A stretch of DNA of 64,000 bases, taken from positions 283,032 through 347,031 of the forward strand of contig CAZYUH010000001.1 in the NCBI GenBank assembly GCA_964650645.1. The letters are read 5' to 3'. This stretch comes from an uncultured Candidatus Saccharibacteria bacterium (GTDB lineage: Bacteria > Patescibacteriota > Minisyncoccia > Phycocordibacterales > SBAW01). Made by a program: the position numbers and the translations under genes. Position 1 is the first letter of the stretch, and each line of letters begins with the position of its first letter. Below are positions 23,416 through 31,597 of this stretch, in pieces. A model generated the notes under the pieces. It had not been told where the DNA came from and did not search any database. It was given only the letters and a program-made list of their open reading frames with translations.

Positions 23416-23856
23416 ATGACAAACAAAGTGATCTCCGGAACGCGCGGGCTTCTCGCCGAGTTCAAGAGCTTTGCCATTAAAGGCAACGCGTTCGAGTTGG
23501 CTATCGCGGTCGTCGTGGGCAACGCGTTTACCGGCGTGGTCAATTCGCTCGTCAAGGACCTCATTACGCCGTTCCTGGGGCTTCTCACGAACCACGTGGA
23601 CTTCAAGACCCTCGCGTGGGAGCCGCACGCGGGGCTCATCGTCACGTACGGCAACTTCCTGCAGGCGCTCATTAACTTCGTCATCGTCTCCCTTTCCATA
23701 TTCCTCGTGTTCAAGGCGCTTACCGTAGCGCGCAAGCGCGTCTTCGAGCGGGGCGAGGAAGGCGAGGTGCCTCCGCACGAGAAGCCTGAAGACGTCCGCC
23801 TGCTGGAGGAAATCCGCGATATACTGAAGGGCAATGCCAAAGAAACTGGAATTTAG
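23416..23856 (+). CDS. mscL: Large-conductance mechanosensitive channel
   Basis: FKSFAIKGNAFELAIAVVVGNAFTGVVNSLVKDLITP is the canonical MscL TM1 and loop. Confidence 0.85.
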   Translation: MTNKVISGTRGLLAEFKSFAIKGNAFELAIAVVVGNAFTGVVNSLVKDLITPFLGLLTNHVDFKTLAWEPHAGLIVTYGNFLQALINFVIVSLSIFLVFKALTVARKRVFERGEEGEVPPHEKPEDVRLLEEIRDILKGNAKETGI

Positions 23857-24526
23857 CCCGTCCATATCCATACTGGTCGCCGGCGCGCTCATCGCGGGCG
23901 CCATCGTGTTCGTCAACATGCGCCCCGGCGCGGCCGCCACGGCGGACGGCGGGGCGCTCCCGGGCAATGCCGCGGTCCCTGCGCCGTCGGCAAGCGACCA
24001 CATCATCGGCTCGCCCGACGCCCCCATCGTGCTCATAGAGTACAGCGACTTCCAGTGCGCGTACTGCTCCATGGTGTACCCGACCATCAAGAAGATTGTG
24101 GAGGAGAGTAACGGCCAGATAGCCTGGGTCATGCGCAACCTGCCGCTCGATTCCATACACCCCGAGGCGCGCCCCGCGGCCTTGGCGGCCGAGTGCATCG
24201 CCGAGCAGAAGGGGAGCGAGGGTTGGTGGCGGTTCGCCGACGCCATGTTCGCCGACCAGAGCAAGGTGGATTCCGCGGGCTACCTGGCCGAAGCCAAGGC
24301 TATCGGCGTCGACATGGCGCAGTACCTCTCGTGCGTTTCAAGCAAGAAGTACGACCAGAAGCTCAGCGACCAGTCCGCGGAAGCCCAGGTCGCGGGCGCG
24401 CAGGGCACGCCCTACACCATCGTGTACGGCAACGGCGCTTCGGTGCCGCTCTCGGGCGCCCTGCCCGAGGCGCAGTTCAGGGCGGTTATAAAGGCCGTCC
24501 AGAACAAGGGCCAGGCCGCGCAGTAA
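23834..24526 (+). CDS. DsbA-family thiol:disulfide oxidoreductase (membrane-anchored)
   Basis: An N-terminal TM helix and a CAYC (CxxC) active site inside a thioredoxin-like fold. Confidence 0.7.
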   Translation: MPKKLEFSPSISILVAGALIAGAIVFVNMRPGAAATADGGALPGNAAVPAPSASDHIIGSPDAPIVLIEYSDFQCAYCSMVYPTIKKIVEESNGQIAWVMRNLPLDSIHPEARPAALAAECIAEQKGSEGWWRFADAMFADQSKVDSAGYLAEAKAIGVDMAQYLSCVSSKKYDQKLSDQSAEAQVAGAQGTPYTIVYGNGASVPLSGALPEAQFRAVIKAVQNKGQAAQ

Positions 24527-24613
24527 GCCGCGACATCCGCGTCCTTGGTAATCGGGACGGCGAAGCGCCGTCAGCACCAGCACAGCCGCTTTACTAACTA
24601 GCACATCACGCAC

Positions 24614-25405
24614 ATGACTTGGTTCGATGATATCCAGTTCCGCAACGCCGTGCGCGCAGCTGCGTGGCTCCTCGTCGCGCTCCTTGCCGTTTCGCTCGTG
24701 TACCTCCTCAGCTCCATGCGCTACGTGGGCGCCGGCATCGCGCCGGGCAACACGATAAGCGTGTCGGGCTACGGCGAGAGCTACTCGACTCCGGACATCG
24801 CGACGTTCAATTACTCCGTCGCAAGCGAGAAGGCGACCGTCGCCGACGCGCAGGCCGACGCGACCGCGAAGGCGAACGCTATCCTCGACTACCTGAAGTC
24901 GGAAGGCGTCGACGAGAAGGATATACAGACCAGCAATTATTCCATAAACCCGCAGTACGACTACGCGGGCACGGTGTGCGCTAACGGCTACTGCCCTCCG
25001 GGCAGGCAGACCCTGCGCGGCTACGAGGTGCGCCAAACGACGACCATAAAGGTGCGCGATACCGCCAAAGCGGGCGGCCTCTTGGCGGGCATAGGAGGCA
25101 AGGGCGCGACCGAGGTGTCGGGCCTGCAGTTCACCTTCGATGATCCCCAGCAGGGCCAGCTTGAGGCGCGCGCCGAGGCCATAGCCGACGCAAAGGCGAA
25201 GGCGAATGAGCTCGCCAAGCAGCTCGGGGTCTCGATAGTCCGTGTTGTCTCGTTCAACGAATCGTCGGGCGGAGCGCCGGTGCCCATGTACGCGAAAATG
25301 CTCGACTCGGCGGCGGGGAACGCGGTGGCCCAGTCGGCCCCCGAGCTCTCGGTGGGGCAGAACAAGACCAGCTCGAACGTCTCGGTCACTTACGAGATTC
25401 GCTAA
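24614..25405 (+). CDS. SIMPL-domain (DUF541) protein
   Basis: An N-terminal TM helix and the SIMPL motifs (GYGESYSTPD...NYSVAS..., RQTLRGYEVRQTT). Confidence 0.7.
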   Translation: MTWFDDIQFRNAVRAAAWLLVALLAVSLVYLLSSMRYVGAGIAPGNTISVSGYGESYSTPDIATFNYSVASEKATVADAQADATAKANAILDYLKSEGVDEKDIQTSNYSINPQYDYAGTVCANGYCPPGRQTLRGYEVRQTTTIKVRDTAKAGGLLAGIGGKGATEVSGLQFTFDDPQQGQLEARAEAIADAKAKANELAKQLGVSIVRVVSFNESSGGAPVPMYAKMLDSAAGNAVAQSAPELSVGQNKTSSNVSVTYEIR

Positions 25406-25421
25406 CAGGAAAGGGTAGGGA

Positions 25422-25454
25422 GCGAAAACCGCCCTTATGCAGGGCGGTTTTCGC
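25422..25454 (+). terminator. Rho-independent terminator after the SIMPL gene
   Basis: GCGAAAACCGCCCTTATGCAGGGCGGTTTTCGC. Confidence 0.8.
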
Positions 25455-25457
25455 GTA

Positions 25458-25487
25458 TTTGACGCGATTCAAAAACGGCGGTACTAT
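25458..25487 (+). promoter_or_regulatory. Promoter for secE-nusG-rplK: TTGACG, a 17-18 bp spacer, then TACTAT
   Basis: Near-consensus hexamers. It is followed by a short hairpin (GGCCCCCGGAGGGCC plus a T tract at about 25491..25515) in the leader. Confidence 0.55.
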
Positions 25488-25557
25488 GGGGAAAAGGCCC
25501 CCGGAGGGCTTTTAAAAATGCTCGCGAGAGCGCGCAGGCAGCTAACACTAAGAACGT

Positions 25558-25728
25558 ATGTGGAATTACTTTAGGGATGTCAGGGCCGAAATGAAGCATG
25601 TCAGCTGGCCGAGCCGCCCGCTTATCGTCGCCTACACCATCGTCGTGGTCGGCGTCTCTATAGCGACGGCGCTCTACCTCGGGCTCCTCGACTACGTCTT
25701 CCGCCTCTTTATCGAGCAGCTAATCTAA
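25558..25728 (+). CDS. secE: Preprotein translocase subunit SecE (short 56-aa form). It is missing from the ORF track because it is under 60 aa.
   Basis: MWNYFRDVRAEMKHVSWPSRPLIVAYTIVVVGVSIATALYLGLLDYVFRLFIEQLI, sitting immediately upstream of nusG as in the conserved secE-nusG-rplK order. Confidence 0.7.
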   Translation: MWNYFRDVRAEMKHVSWPSRPLIVAYTIVVVGVSIATALYLGLLDYVFRLFIEQLI

Positions 25729-25734
25729 CCTCCC

Positions 25735-26286
25735 ATGTCCAAGCAAGATACATCAGTAGGGCGCGCCTGGTACGCCATACATACCTACGCCGGCTACGAG
25801 AACGCGGTGGCGCGCAACCTGCGCCAGCGCATCGAGTCCCTGGGCCTCTCGGAGAAGATATTCCAGGTCATCGTGCCGACCGAGAAGACCATCAAGATAA
25901 AGGGCGGCCGCCGCGTCGAGGAGGAGGAGAAGGTCTACCCGGGCTACGTGCTCGTGGACATGATAGTGGACGACCAGTCGTGGTACGTCGTGCGCAACAC
26001 GCCGCGCGTCACCGGCTTCGTGGGCTCGGGTGTCAACCCGGTGCCGCTTCGCCAGGACGAGGTGGACACGCTCCTGGGCCGCATGCAGGCGACCGAGGGC
26101 TCGGTCAAGCACGCCATAGACCTCAGCGCCGGCGACTCGGTCGTCATCGTGGACGGCCCGTTCAAGGACCTCGACGGCAAGGTGGGCGAGGTGGACGAGG
26201 CCCGCGGCAAGGTGAAGGTCCTGGTGGCGATGTTCGGCCGCGAGACCCCGGTGGAGCTGGACTTTTTGCAAATCAAGCGCATATAA
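25735..26286 (+). CDS. nusG: Transcription termination/antitermination factor NusG
   Basis: An NGN domain (WYAIHTYAGYENAV) and a KOW domain (GDSVVIVDGPFKDLDGKVGEVD). Confidence 0.9.
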   Translation: MSKQDTSVGRAWYAIHTYAGYENAVARNLRQRIESLGLSEKIFQVIVPTEKTIKIKGGRRVEEEEKVYPGYVLVDMIVDDQSWYVVRNTPRVTGFVGSGVNPVPLRQDEVDTLLGRMQATEGSVKHAIDLSAGDSVVIVDGPFKDLDGKVGEVDEARGKVKVLVAMFGRETPVELDFLQIKRI

Positions 26287-26308
26287 GGTATTGTCTTAAC
26301 TCACAGAT

Positions 26309-26731
26309 ATGGCCAAGAAAATAGTTAAAAAGATAAAGATTATCGCGCAGGGGGGCGCCGCCGCCATGACTCCGGCCATGGGCCAGGTGCTGGGTCCGGC
26401 CGGCATCAACATCGGCGAGTTCATCAAGCGCTTCAATGACGCGTCCAAAGAGATGCGCGGCGACTTGGTGCCGGCCGTCATCTCAGTCTATGAGGACCGC
26501 AGCTACGACTTCGTGCTGAAGACCCCTCCGGTCTCCTCGCTCATACTCAAGGCGCTCGGCAAGGAGAAGGGGAGCGGCAAGCCCAACACCCAGAAAATCG
26601 GCGCCCTTTCCAAGGCTCAGGTGCAGGAAATAGCCGAGAGGAAGATGCCCGACCTCAGCGCCCATGACATGGACCAGGCGGTGAAGACCGTCGCCGGGTC
26701 CGCCAGGTCTATGGGGGTTGAAGTGAAGTAG
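26309..26731 (+). CDS. rplK: 50S ribosomal protein L11
   Basis: MAKKIVKKIKIIAQGGAA...PPVSSLILKALG matches the L11 signature. Confidence 0.9.
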   Translation: MAKKIVKKIKIIAQGGAAAMTPAMGQVLGPAGINIGEFIKRFNDASKEMRGDLVPAVISVYEDRSYDFVLKTPPVSSLILKALGKEKGSGKPNTQKIGALSKAQVQEIAERKMPDLSAHDMDQAVKTVAGSARSMGVEVK

Positions 26732-26765
26732 AGGTTTCGCTGAGGCAAGGCAGGTTTGGAAAATT

Positions 26766-26805
26766 AAAAAGCGCCCGCGAGTTTCCGCTCGCGGGCGCTT
26801 TTTTG
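26766..26805 (+). terminator. Rho-independent terminator after rplK; it ends the secE-nusG-rplK unit and no rplA follows
   Basis: AAAAAGCGCCCGCGAGTTTCCGCTCGCGGGCGCTTTTTTG. Confidence 0.8.
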
Positions 26806-26885
26806 CCGCTTTTACTCGCCAACTTCCTTTTTGTTCGTATGTGTGGCATTATGTTTTCGGATACCGCACACCACAGGAGATTGTA

Positions 26886-27557
26886 ATGCAAAGAGGCAAA
26901 TTGCTCGCTTTCGAAGGACCCGGCGTCTCTGATAAGGATGGCCGAATCGAGCGCATACGGGAGAAATCCCCCGTCAAGTGCTTCCTTGTCCGGGATCCGT
27001 GGGGCGACAGCTTCGCTGAACTCGTTCAAGAGCTTCCTGCGTGGATGCGCGCGAACCCGTCGCGCGAGCCGGCCTGGGATTCCTTCCCCTTTTTCAAGGC
27101 CCGCGCGGAGTACGTGAAGAGCGTCATCGAGCCCAGGCTTGAAGAGGGTGTTAGCGTGTTCGCGAGCCCCTATGCGGCGTCAGCGTACGCTTCCCTGATA
27201 GCGGGGGACGGGCGGAGGGAGCTTGGATCGGCATTCGTTTCGATATGCGCTTCGCTTCCGCGCGCGCTGAAGCCCGATGCGTACATTGTCTTGAATATGC
27301 CGCCCGGGACCATGCATTCCCGCATGAAGCTGTGCGCTGAAGACGCGCTTGCGAGAGGGGAGGAGCTCGAGGTCAGGCCGCACAAGTACTACGAGGGCGT
27401 CAGGGACGGGCTTCTTAGGTTTGGAAGGCATGCCCGCGAGACCGAGAAATCCCAGCTTGTCGTCATCAGCGCTGAAAAGGACCCACTGTACATCGAAGAG
27501 AACCTGCGGCATTGGATAGGGGACGTGCTGGGGGTGGAGCAGGCGGCGACCGCGTAA
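26886..27557 (+). CDS. Thymidylate-kinase-like paralog with a degenerate P-loop (GPGVSDKDG instead of GxxGxGKT)
   Basis: It aligns to Tmk blocks (LLAFEG..., VRDPWGD versus TREPGGT, and a DAYIVLNMPPG lid region). A strong AGGAG SD lies 8 nt upstream of the ATG at 26886. Confidence 0.5.
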   Translation: MQRGKLLAFEGPGVSDKDGRIERIREKSPVKCFLVRDPWGDSFAELVQELPAWMRANPSREPAWDSFPFFKARAEYVKSVIEPRLEEGVSVFASPYAASAYASLIAGDGRRELGSAFVSICASLPRALKPDAYIVLNMPPGTMHSRMKLCAEDALARGEELEVRPHKYYEGVRDGLLRFGRHARETEKSQLVVISAEKDPLYIEENLRHWIGDVLGVEQAATA

Positions 27558-27598
27558 AAAAACGGCCCGTCCGGATACTTCCGGACGGGCCTTTGTTG
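27556..27598. terminator. Bidirectional terminator between the tmk-like gene (+) and thyX (-)
   Basis: AAAAAAACGGCCCGTCCGGATACTTCCGGACGGGCCTTTGTTG. Confidence 0.75.
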
Positions 27599-27608
27599 CC
27601 GCCGTTCC

Positions 27609-28982
27609 TCAGGCGCTTGCCGCCGGACGCTCGACGATGTCCTGCTCGCCCCGCTCGTAATAGAAGCGGTCGCCCTCGGTTTCCATGTAGAGATGGAGGC
27701 CGAGATCGCCGAACTCCTCAAGCATGAGCGCGCCGGTCTGCTGCGCGACGCGACGCATGGTTGCGTGGACGTCCAGCCTGGCGCGCCGCTCGACGAAGTA
27801 CGTCATCGCCGGCAGATCGCCGACTTTCTGGCATGGCACGAGCAAGCCCATGGGGCAATAGTACTGCCGCATGAAATCGTCCGAGAACATGTTTTTTACA
27901 TACCCCATCTGCTGGGCGAGGAACGGGCCTGTCTCGTCCCTGTACCTGTCCGGCAGCTGGCTTAGGTACCATGGCGAGAAGCCGTGGCCCGTCGTAAGGA
28001 GCGGCATGCGCTGAGCGACGGACCTGTGCCGCTGGTCGTCGCGGAACGACCCGAAGTCCAGCGCGTAATTGAACCGCATCGTCCCGCATTCGGCCAGGAA
28101 CTTTGGCAGCTCAGTCTGCTTCGGGCGCTTTGCGAGCAGGTCCCGGTGAGCGGCAAGCATGTCCTTGTCGAACCCCGAGAACGCGCCCGCTACGTCCGGG
28201 GAACCGGATTCCGGAGCGGTGTAGTAATAGGACTCCCTCATCCAGTAGTCGAGATAATCCTCGGTATCCCGGTAGCGCTTCTTTTGGAAGGAGCTCGGAT
28301 ACTTCTCATTCAGCGCGTCCTCGAGCGTCTCGGCGACAATGCGCACTTCCGCGAGCGGATGGTGGCGAAGTCTGTCGAGATGGTCGCTGATGTGCCGCAG
28401 TTCGCCGTGCCATGCGAGATTGGTCGACGCCCCCGCGGGGAGGAAGCCGCGCATGATATCGAAGGAGCGCGCCTTTATGGCCTTCTCGTATATGTCTTCC
28501 TTCTCACCCTCTCGCCGCGGGTGCCGCTGCACGAGCGCGTTCTGGACGACGCCAAGCCCCTGGAGGTAGCGCTGCCGCCATCGCTCGAGGAGCCATTTCG
28601 AGCTTTCCGAGCCCTGGGGATCGATGAAGGGCTGCGTCGCGAAGTCTATGTAGCGGGTCGAGGCCTCCTGCCCGTTATAGAGCATGAAGTCCTGTATCGC
28701 CTTGGCCGCGAGCATCGAAACGCCTTCGATAAAGAGCGTAGTCGAGCCGCAGTCGCCTATGGACTTGTGCCCGTAGCCGACATAGAACCGCGACATGAAC
28801 ATCTCGGGCCCGGATTTCCAGAGCTTCTCGAGATGCGCGCGCAAACCGCCGACCGAGCGCGAATGCAGGGCTTGGAGCATGGCCTCTGCTTCGGCGCCGA
28901 TAACCGCTCCGGTATTGAGCACGAATACTTCGCCGCTGCCGGGAAGGGGTCTTGCTGTGTGAATGAGGTCCTTAACCTGCAT
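27609..28982 (-). CDS. thyX: Flavin-dependent thymidylate synthase ThyX, tandem-domain (pseudo-dimeric) form
   Basis: The N-half carries GHKSIGDCGSTTLFIEGVS...EASTRY and LRxxxxxLAEVR ThyX-like blocks but no RHR motif. The C-half carries FRDDQRHRS, where RHR is present, and LDVHATMRRVAQ. The 457-aa length is about twice a single ThyX. Confidence 0.55.
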   Translation of the reverse strand: MQVKDLIHTARPLPGSGEVFVLNTGAVIGAEAEAMLQALHSRSVGGLRAHLEKLWKSGPEMFMSRFYVGYGHKSIGDCGSTTLFIEGVSMLAAKAIQDFMLYNGQEASTRYIDFATQPFIDPQGSESSKWLLERWRQRYLQGLGVVQNALVQRHPRREGEKEDIYEKAIKARSFDIMRGFLPAGASTNLAWHGELRHISDHLDRLRHHPLAEVRIVAETLEDALNEKYPSSFQKKRYRDTEDYLDYWMRESYYYTAPESGSPDVAGAFSGFDKDMLAAHRDLLAKRPKQTELPKFLAECGTMRFNYALDFGSFRDDQRHRSVAQRMPLLTTGHGFSPWYLSQLPDRYRDETGPFLAQQMGYVKNMFSDDFMRQYYCPMGLLVPCQKVGDLPAMTYFVERRARLDVHATMRRVAQQTGALMLEEFGDLGLHLYMETEGDRFYYERGEQDIVERPAASA

Positions 28983-29111
28983 CGTCCGTCCTTTCTGTAT
29001 GGTGAGCGTCCTCGTGCACGCTACCCTGCGGGGGAGGGCCGGTCAACTTCCTTTTTGCCCCGCACCGTGCCATCATGCCGGACGGGTACAGGCAACAGAT
29101 CGGAGCGAGTC

Positions 29112-29735
29112 ATGCCAAGAGGCAGGTTCATAGCGTTCGAGGGCGGGGAAGGGTCGGGCAAGGACTGCAACATAAGCCGGCTCATGGAGAAATATACCGG
29201 CCGCGACGATATCGTATTTACCCGCGAGCCGGGCGGAACGGAGGCGGGGGAAAGGCTCCGGTCTTTCCTGCTTACTCCCAGGGAGCGTGGGATAGATGTC
29301 GCTCGCGAACTCGTCGTATTCGTTGCCGCGCGCGCCATACTGATTGAAGAGGTGATCATTCCAGCCCTCGATGCGGGAAAGGCGGTGTTCAGCAACCGAT
29401 TCCATCTCTCTACGCTGGCGTATCAGATCCATGCCCGGCAAAGGCTCAACTACCTGCCGCTCCTTGAGGAAATGAGCAGGCTGGTGGTGCAAGACGTCGT
29501 TCCTTACTATATCCTGCTCGACGTAAAGCCGGAGGTCGGCTTGGCGCGGGTGCGGTCTCGCGGCGAGGAACTGACCAGCATCGACGCGGAAGACATCGCG
29601 TTCCATGCGCGCGTCAGGCAGGGATATCTCACGCACGTAAAGGAATTCCAGCATTGCGTCATAGACGCCGGCCAGCCGCCTGAAACGGTGTGGAGCGAAG
29701 TCGAGGCGGAAGTCGACCGGCTTTTCGCCGCATAG
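29112..29735 (+). CDS. tmk: Thymidylate kinase
   Basis: The P-loop IAFEGGEGSGK, TREPGGT and lid motifs. Only the 3' 207 aa of the 583-aa ORF in the track are real. Confidence 0.8.
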   Translation: MPRGRFIAFEGGEGSGKDCNISRLMEKYTGRDDIVFTREPGGTEAGERLRSFLLTPRERGIDVARELVVFVAARAILIEEVIIPALDAGKAVFSNRFHLSTLAYQIHARQRLNYLPLLEEMSRLVVQDVVPYYILLDVKPEVGLARVRSRGEELTSIDAEDIAFHARVRQGYLTHVKEFQHCVIDAGQPPETVWSEVEAEVDRLFAA

Positions 29736-29776
29736 GCCGGGTATTAAATATGTTGCGCGGTTAAATGCGCGGCCTA

Positions 29777-29813
29777 GGCGCCCCTCGCGGGGCGCCTTTC
29801 TCTTTGCTATGCT
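29777..29813 (+). promoter_or_regulatory. Terminator-plus-promoter cassette (GC hairpin GGCGCCCCTCGCGGGGCGCC, T tract, then TTGCTATGCTCGG). A second copy lies at 30239..30288.
   Basis: Two near-identical cassettes flank the Zn-ribbon gene, and a third related motif (TTGCCGTATGCGC) sits at 31591..31603 in front of dut. Confidence 0.5.
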
Positions 29814-29857
29814 CGGTATGGAACAGGTGGTGCGTTACTCAAAAGAGAGGAACAAGC

Positions 29858-30214
29858 ATGGATATCGGGCTTTCGCCTTCACCTTTCGCTGAAGACAAGC
29901 GGCCCTTGGGAGAGGTGTTCTCCCACAAGGATCCGGCGCCGGAGAGGGAGCTGCCGCCGGCATTCGACAGCGCTTGCAGGAAGTGCGGTACCGGCATGGA
30001 GCGGGTGGATCCCGTGTACTGCACGCGCCGCAAGCCGTACGCGACCTTCCAGTGCGCGAACGGCGCCTGCATGGAGCGCCTGCTCATATTCGACGCGCCG
30101 CGTGCGCCGTTCATCATACGGTCCGTTAACTTCCGCCAATGGACGAATTTCTCGGACCAGATCGATGCGGCAATAGAGCAGCGAGAAATCCAGCACGCTG
30201 CCCGCACCGCCTAG
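29858..30214 (+). CDS. Small zinc-ribbon protein (CxxC...CxxC), hypothetical
   Basis: The sequence CRKCGTGM...CANGAC, preceded by the SD-like AAAAGAGAGG. The gene sits between two copies of a terminator-plus-promoter cassette. Confidence 0.4.
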   Translation: MDIGLSPSPFAEDKRPLGEVFSHKDPAPERELPPAFDSACRKCGTGMERVDPVYCTRRKPYATFQCANGACMERLLIFDAPRAPFIIRSVNFRQWTNFSDQIDAAIEQREIQHAARTA

Positions 30215-30324
30215 GCCGGCCTGCGGCAAATGCATTACGGGGCGCCCGCGAGGGCGCCCTTTTTCTTTGCCTGCCGCTTTGGTATGCTCGGCTCGGATAC
30301 GAACCTCATAAAAGGAGTGCAGCG

Positions 30325-31470
30325 ATGGTCATGCCGTCACAAATGATACGCCGGAACGTGTTCGGCGCATCGCCGACGATACTAAGCGGCGCCGAGAATC
30401 CCATTACCGAAGACCAGATACAGCCGGCCTCGCTCGATTTGCGGCTCGGCAGCGCAGTCTACCGGGTGTGGTCGGCCGCCCTGCCAAGGAAGTACCAGCC
30501 CATACTCGACATGGTTTCTCCCAAGGAAAGGCATAAGTACACATTCAGCCTCGATAAGGAAACCACCAATTTCCTTGAGAAGGACAGCACGTACGTCGTC
30601 GAGCTCATGGAGTCGTGCGCGCTGCCCCAGCACGCGTGGATCGAATTCTCTCCGAAAAGCTCCACTGGCAGGTGCGACGTGTTCGCGCGGGTGCTGTGCA
30701 ATAACAACCCGCATTACGATATGACCCCGAAAGGGTACCAAGGGCCGTTGTGGCTCGAGATAACCCCCTTGTCGTTCGATGTCGGCGTGCGGGAAGGCCT
30801 TTCATTGGTGCAGGGCCGCATCAAGACCGAAGATACCCATATGCTCAGCAACAGGGAGCTCTCCGAGCTCCAGGTCGAGCACGGGGTGCTGTGCGGCATG
30901 GACGGCACGCCCCTTTGCCAAGGCGATCTCAGCATCCATGACAGCGAGCTGTATTACCATGTCGACCTCGACAGGCCGGTGGTCGGATTCGTTGCGAAGA
31001 CGAACGCCGGTATGAGCATTGACCTGACGCAGGGAGGCGGCAGCGGCCTCTTGCACGAGCCTAAGGACTTCTGGGTTCCCATCGAGCGGCCCAAGAACAA
31101 CCGTCTCGTGCTCGCGCCGGGGCTGTTCTACCTGCTCGCGACCAAGGAGCGCACGCGCATACCCCCGACGGTGTGCGGCCAGGTAACCTCGTTCAAGATA
31201 ACGACGGGGGAGATCAGGCCGCATTATGCCGGGTTCTTCGACCCGGGCTTCGGCGGGAGGAATGGCACCAACGGGGTGCTGGAAGTGAGGGCGCGGGACG
31301 TTCCGTTCGAGATAGCGGATGGGGCGCCTATCTGCTCGATGAAGTTCGAGCGGATGCTCGAGGTGCCCGATAAGCTCTACGGTACCGGCATAAAGAGCAG
31401 CTACCCGGGTTCCGGGCCATCGCTTTCCAAGCACTTCAATAGCAGATACGAAGCATGGCAGGCCAAATAA
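30325..31470 (+). CDS. dCTP deaminase / dUTPase-superfamily protein (long DCD-like form)
   Basis: The beta-clip nucleotide motif SLDLRLG, a length of about 381 aa, and an AAAGGAG SD 8 nt upstream of the ATG. The N-terminal extension in the track contains a terminator and was rejected. Confidence 0.6.
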   Translation: MVMPSQMIRRNVFGASPTILSGAENPITEDQIQPASLDLRLGSAVYRVWSAALPRKYQPILDMVSPKERHKYTFSLDKETTNFLEKDSTYVVELMESCALPQHAWIEFSPKSSTGRCDVFARVLCNNNPHYDMTPKGYQGPLWLEITPLSFDVGVREGLSLVQGRIKTEDTHMLSNRELSELQVEHGVLCGMDGTPLCQGDLSIHDSELYYHVDLDRPVVGFVAKTNAGMSIDLTQGGGSGLLHEPKDFWVPIERPKNNRLVLAPGLFYLLATKERTRIPPTVCGQVTSFKITTGEIRPHYAGFFDPGFGGRNGTNGVLEVRARDVPFEIADGAPICSMKFERMLEVPDKLYGTGIKSSYPGSGPSLSKHFNSRYEAWQAK

Positions 31471-31481
31471 GCCTTGTGCCA

Positions 31482-31517
31482 GCGGCCCGCGCACGCGCGG
31501 GCCGTTTTCTTTTTTTA
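31482..31517 (+). terminator. Rho-independent terminator after the dcd-like gene
   Basis: GCGGCCCGCGCACGCGCGGGCCGTTTTCTTTTTTT. Confidence 0.8.
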
Positions 31518-31597
31518 TAAACGGGCCGGATGCCGTTTCCGGTTTTACGGCCGCGTTCTTGGTGGAGGCGCCGGGTCAAGTCTGGTACGCTTGCCGT

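Noticed and set aside
27984-29111. The first 376 aa of the 583-aa plus-strand ORF 27984..29735
   Set aside because: It is antisense to thyX. Only the 3' portion from the ATG at 29112 encodes a recognisable protein (Tmk).
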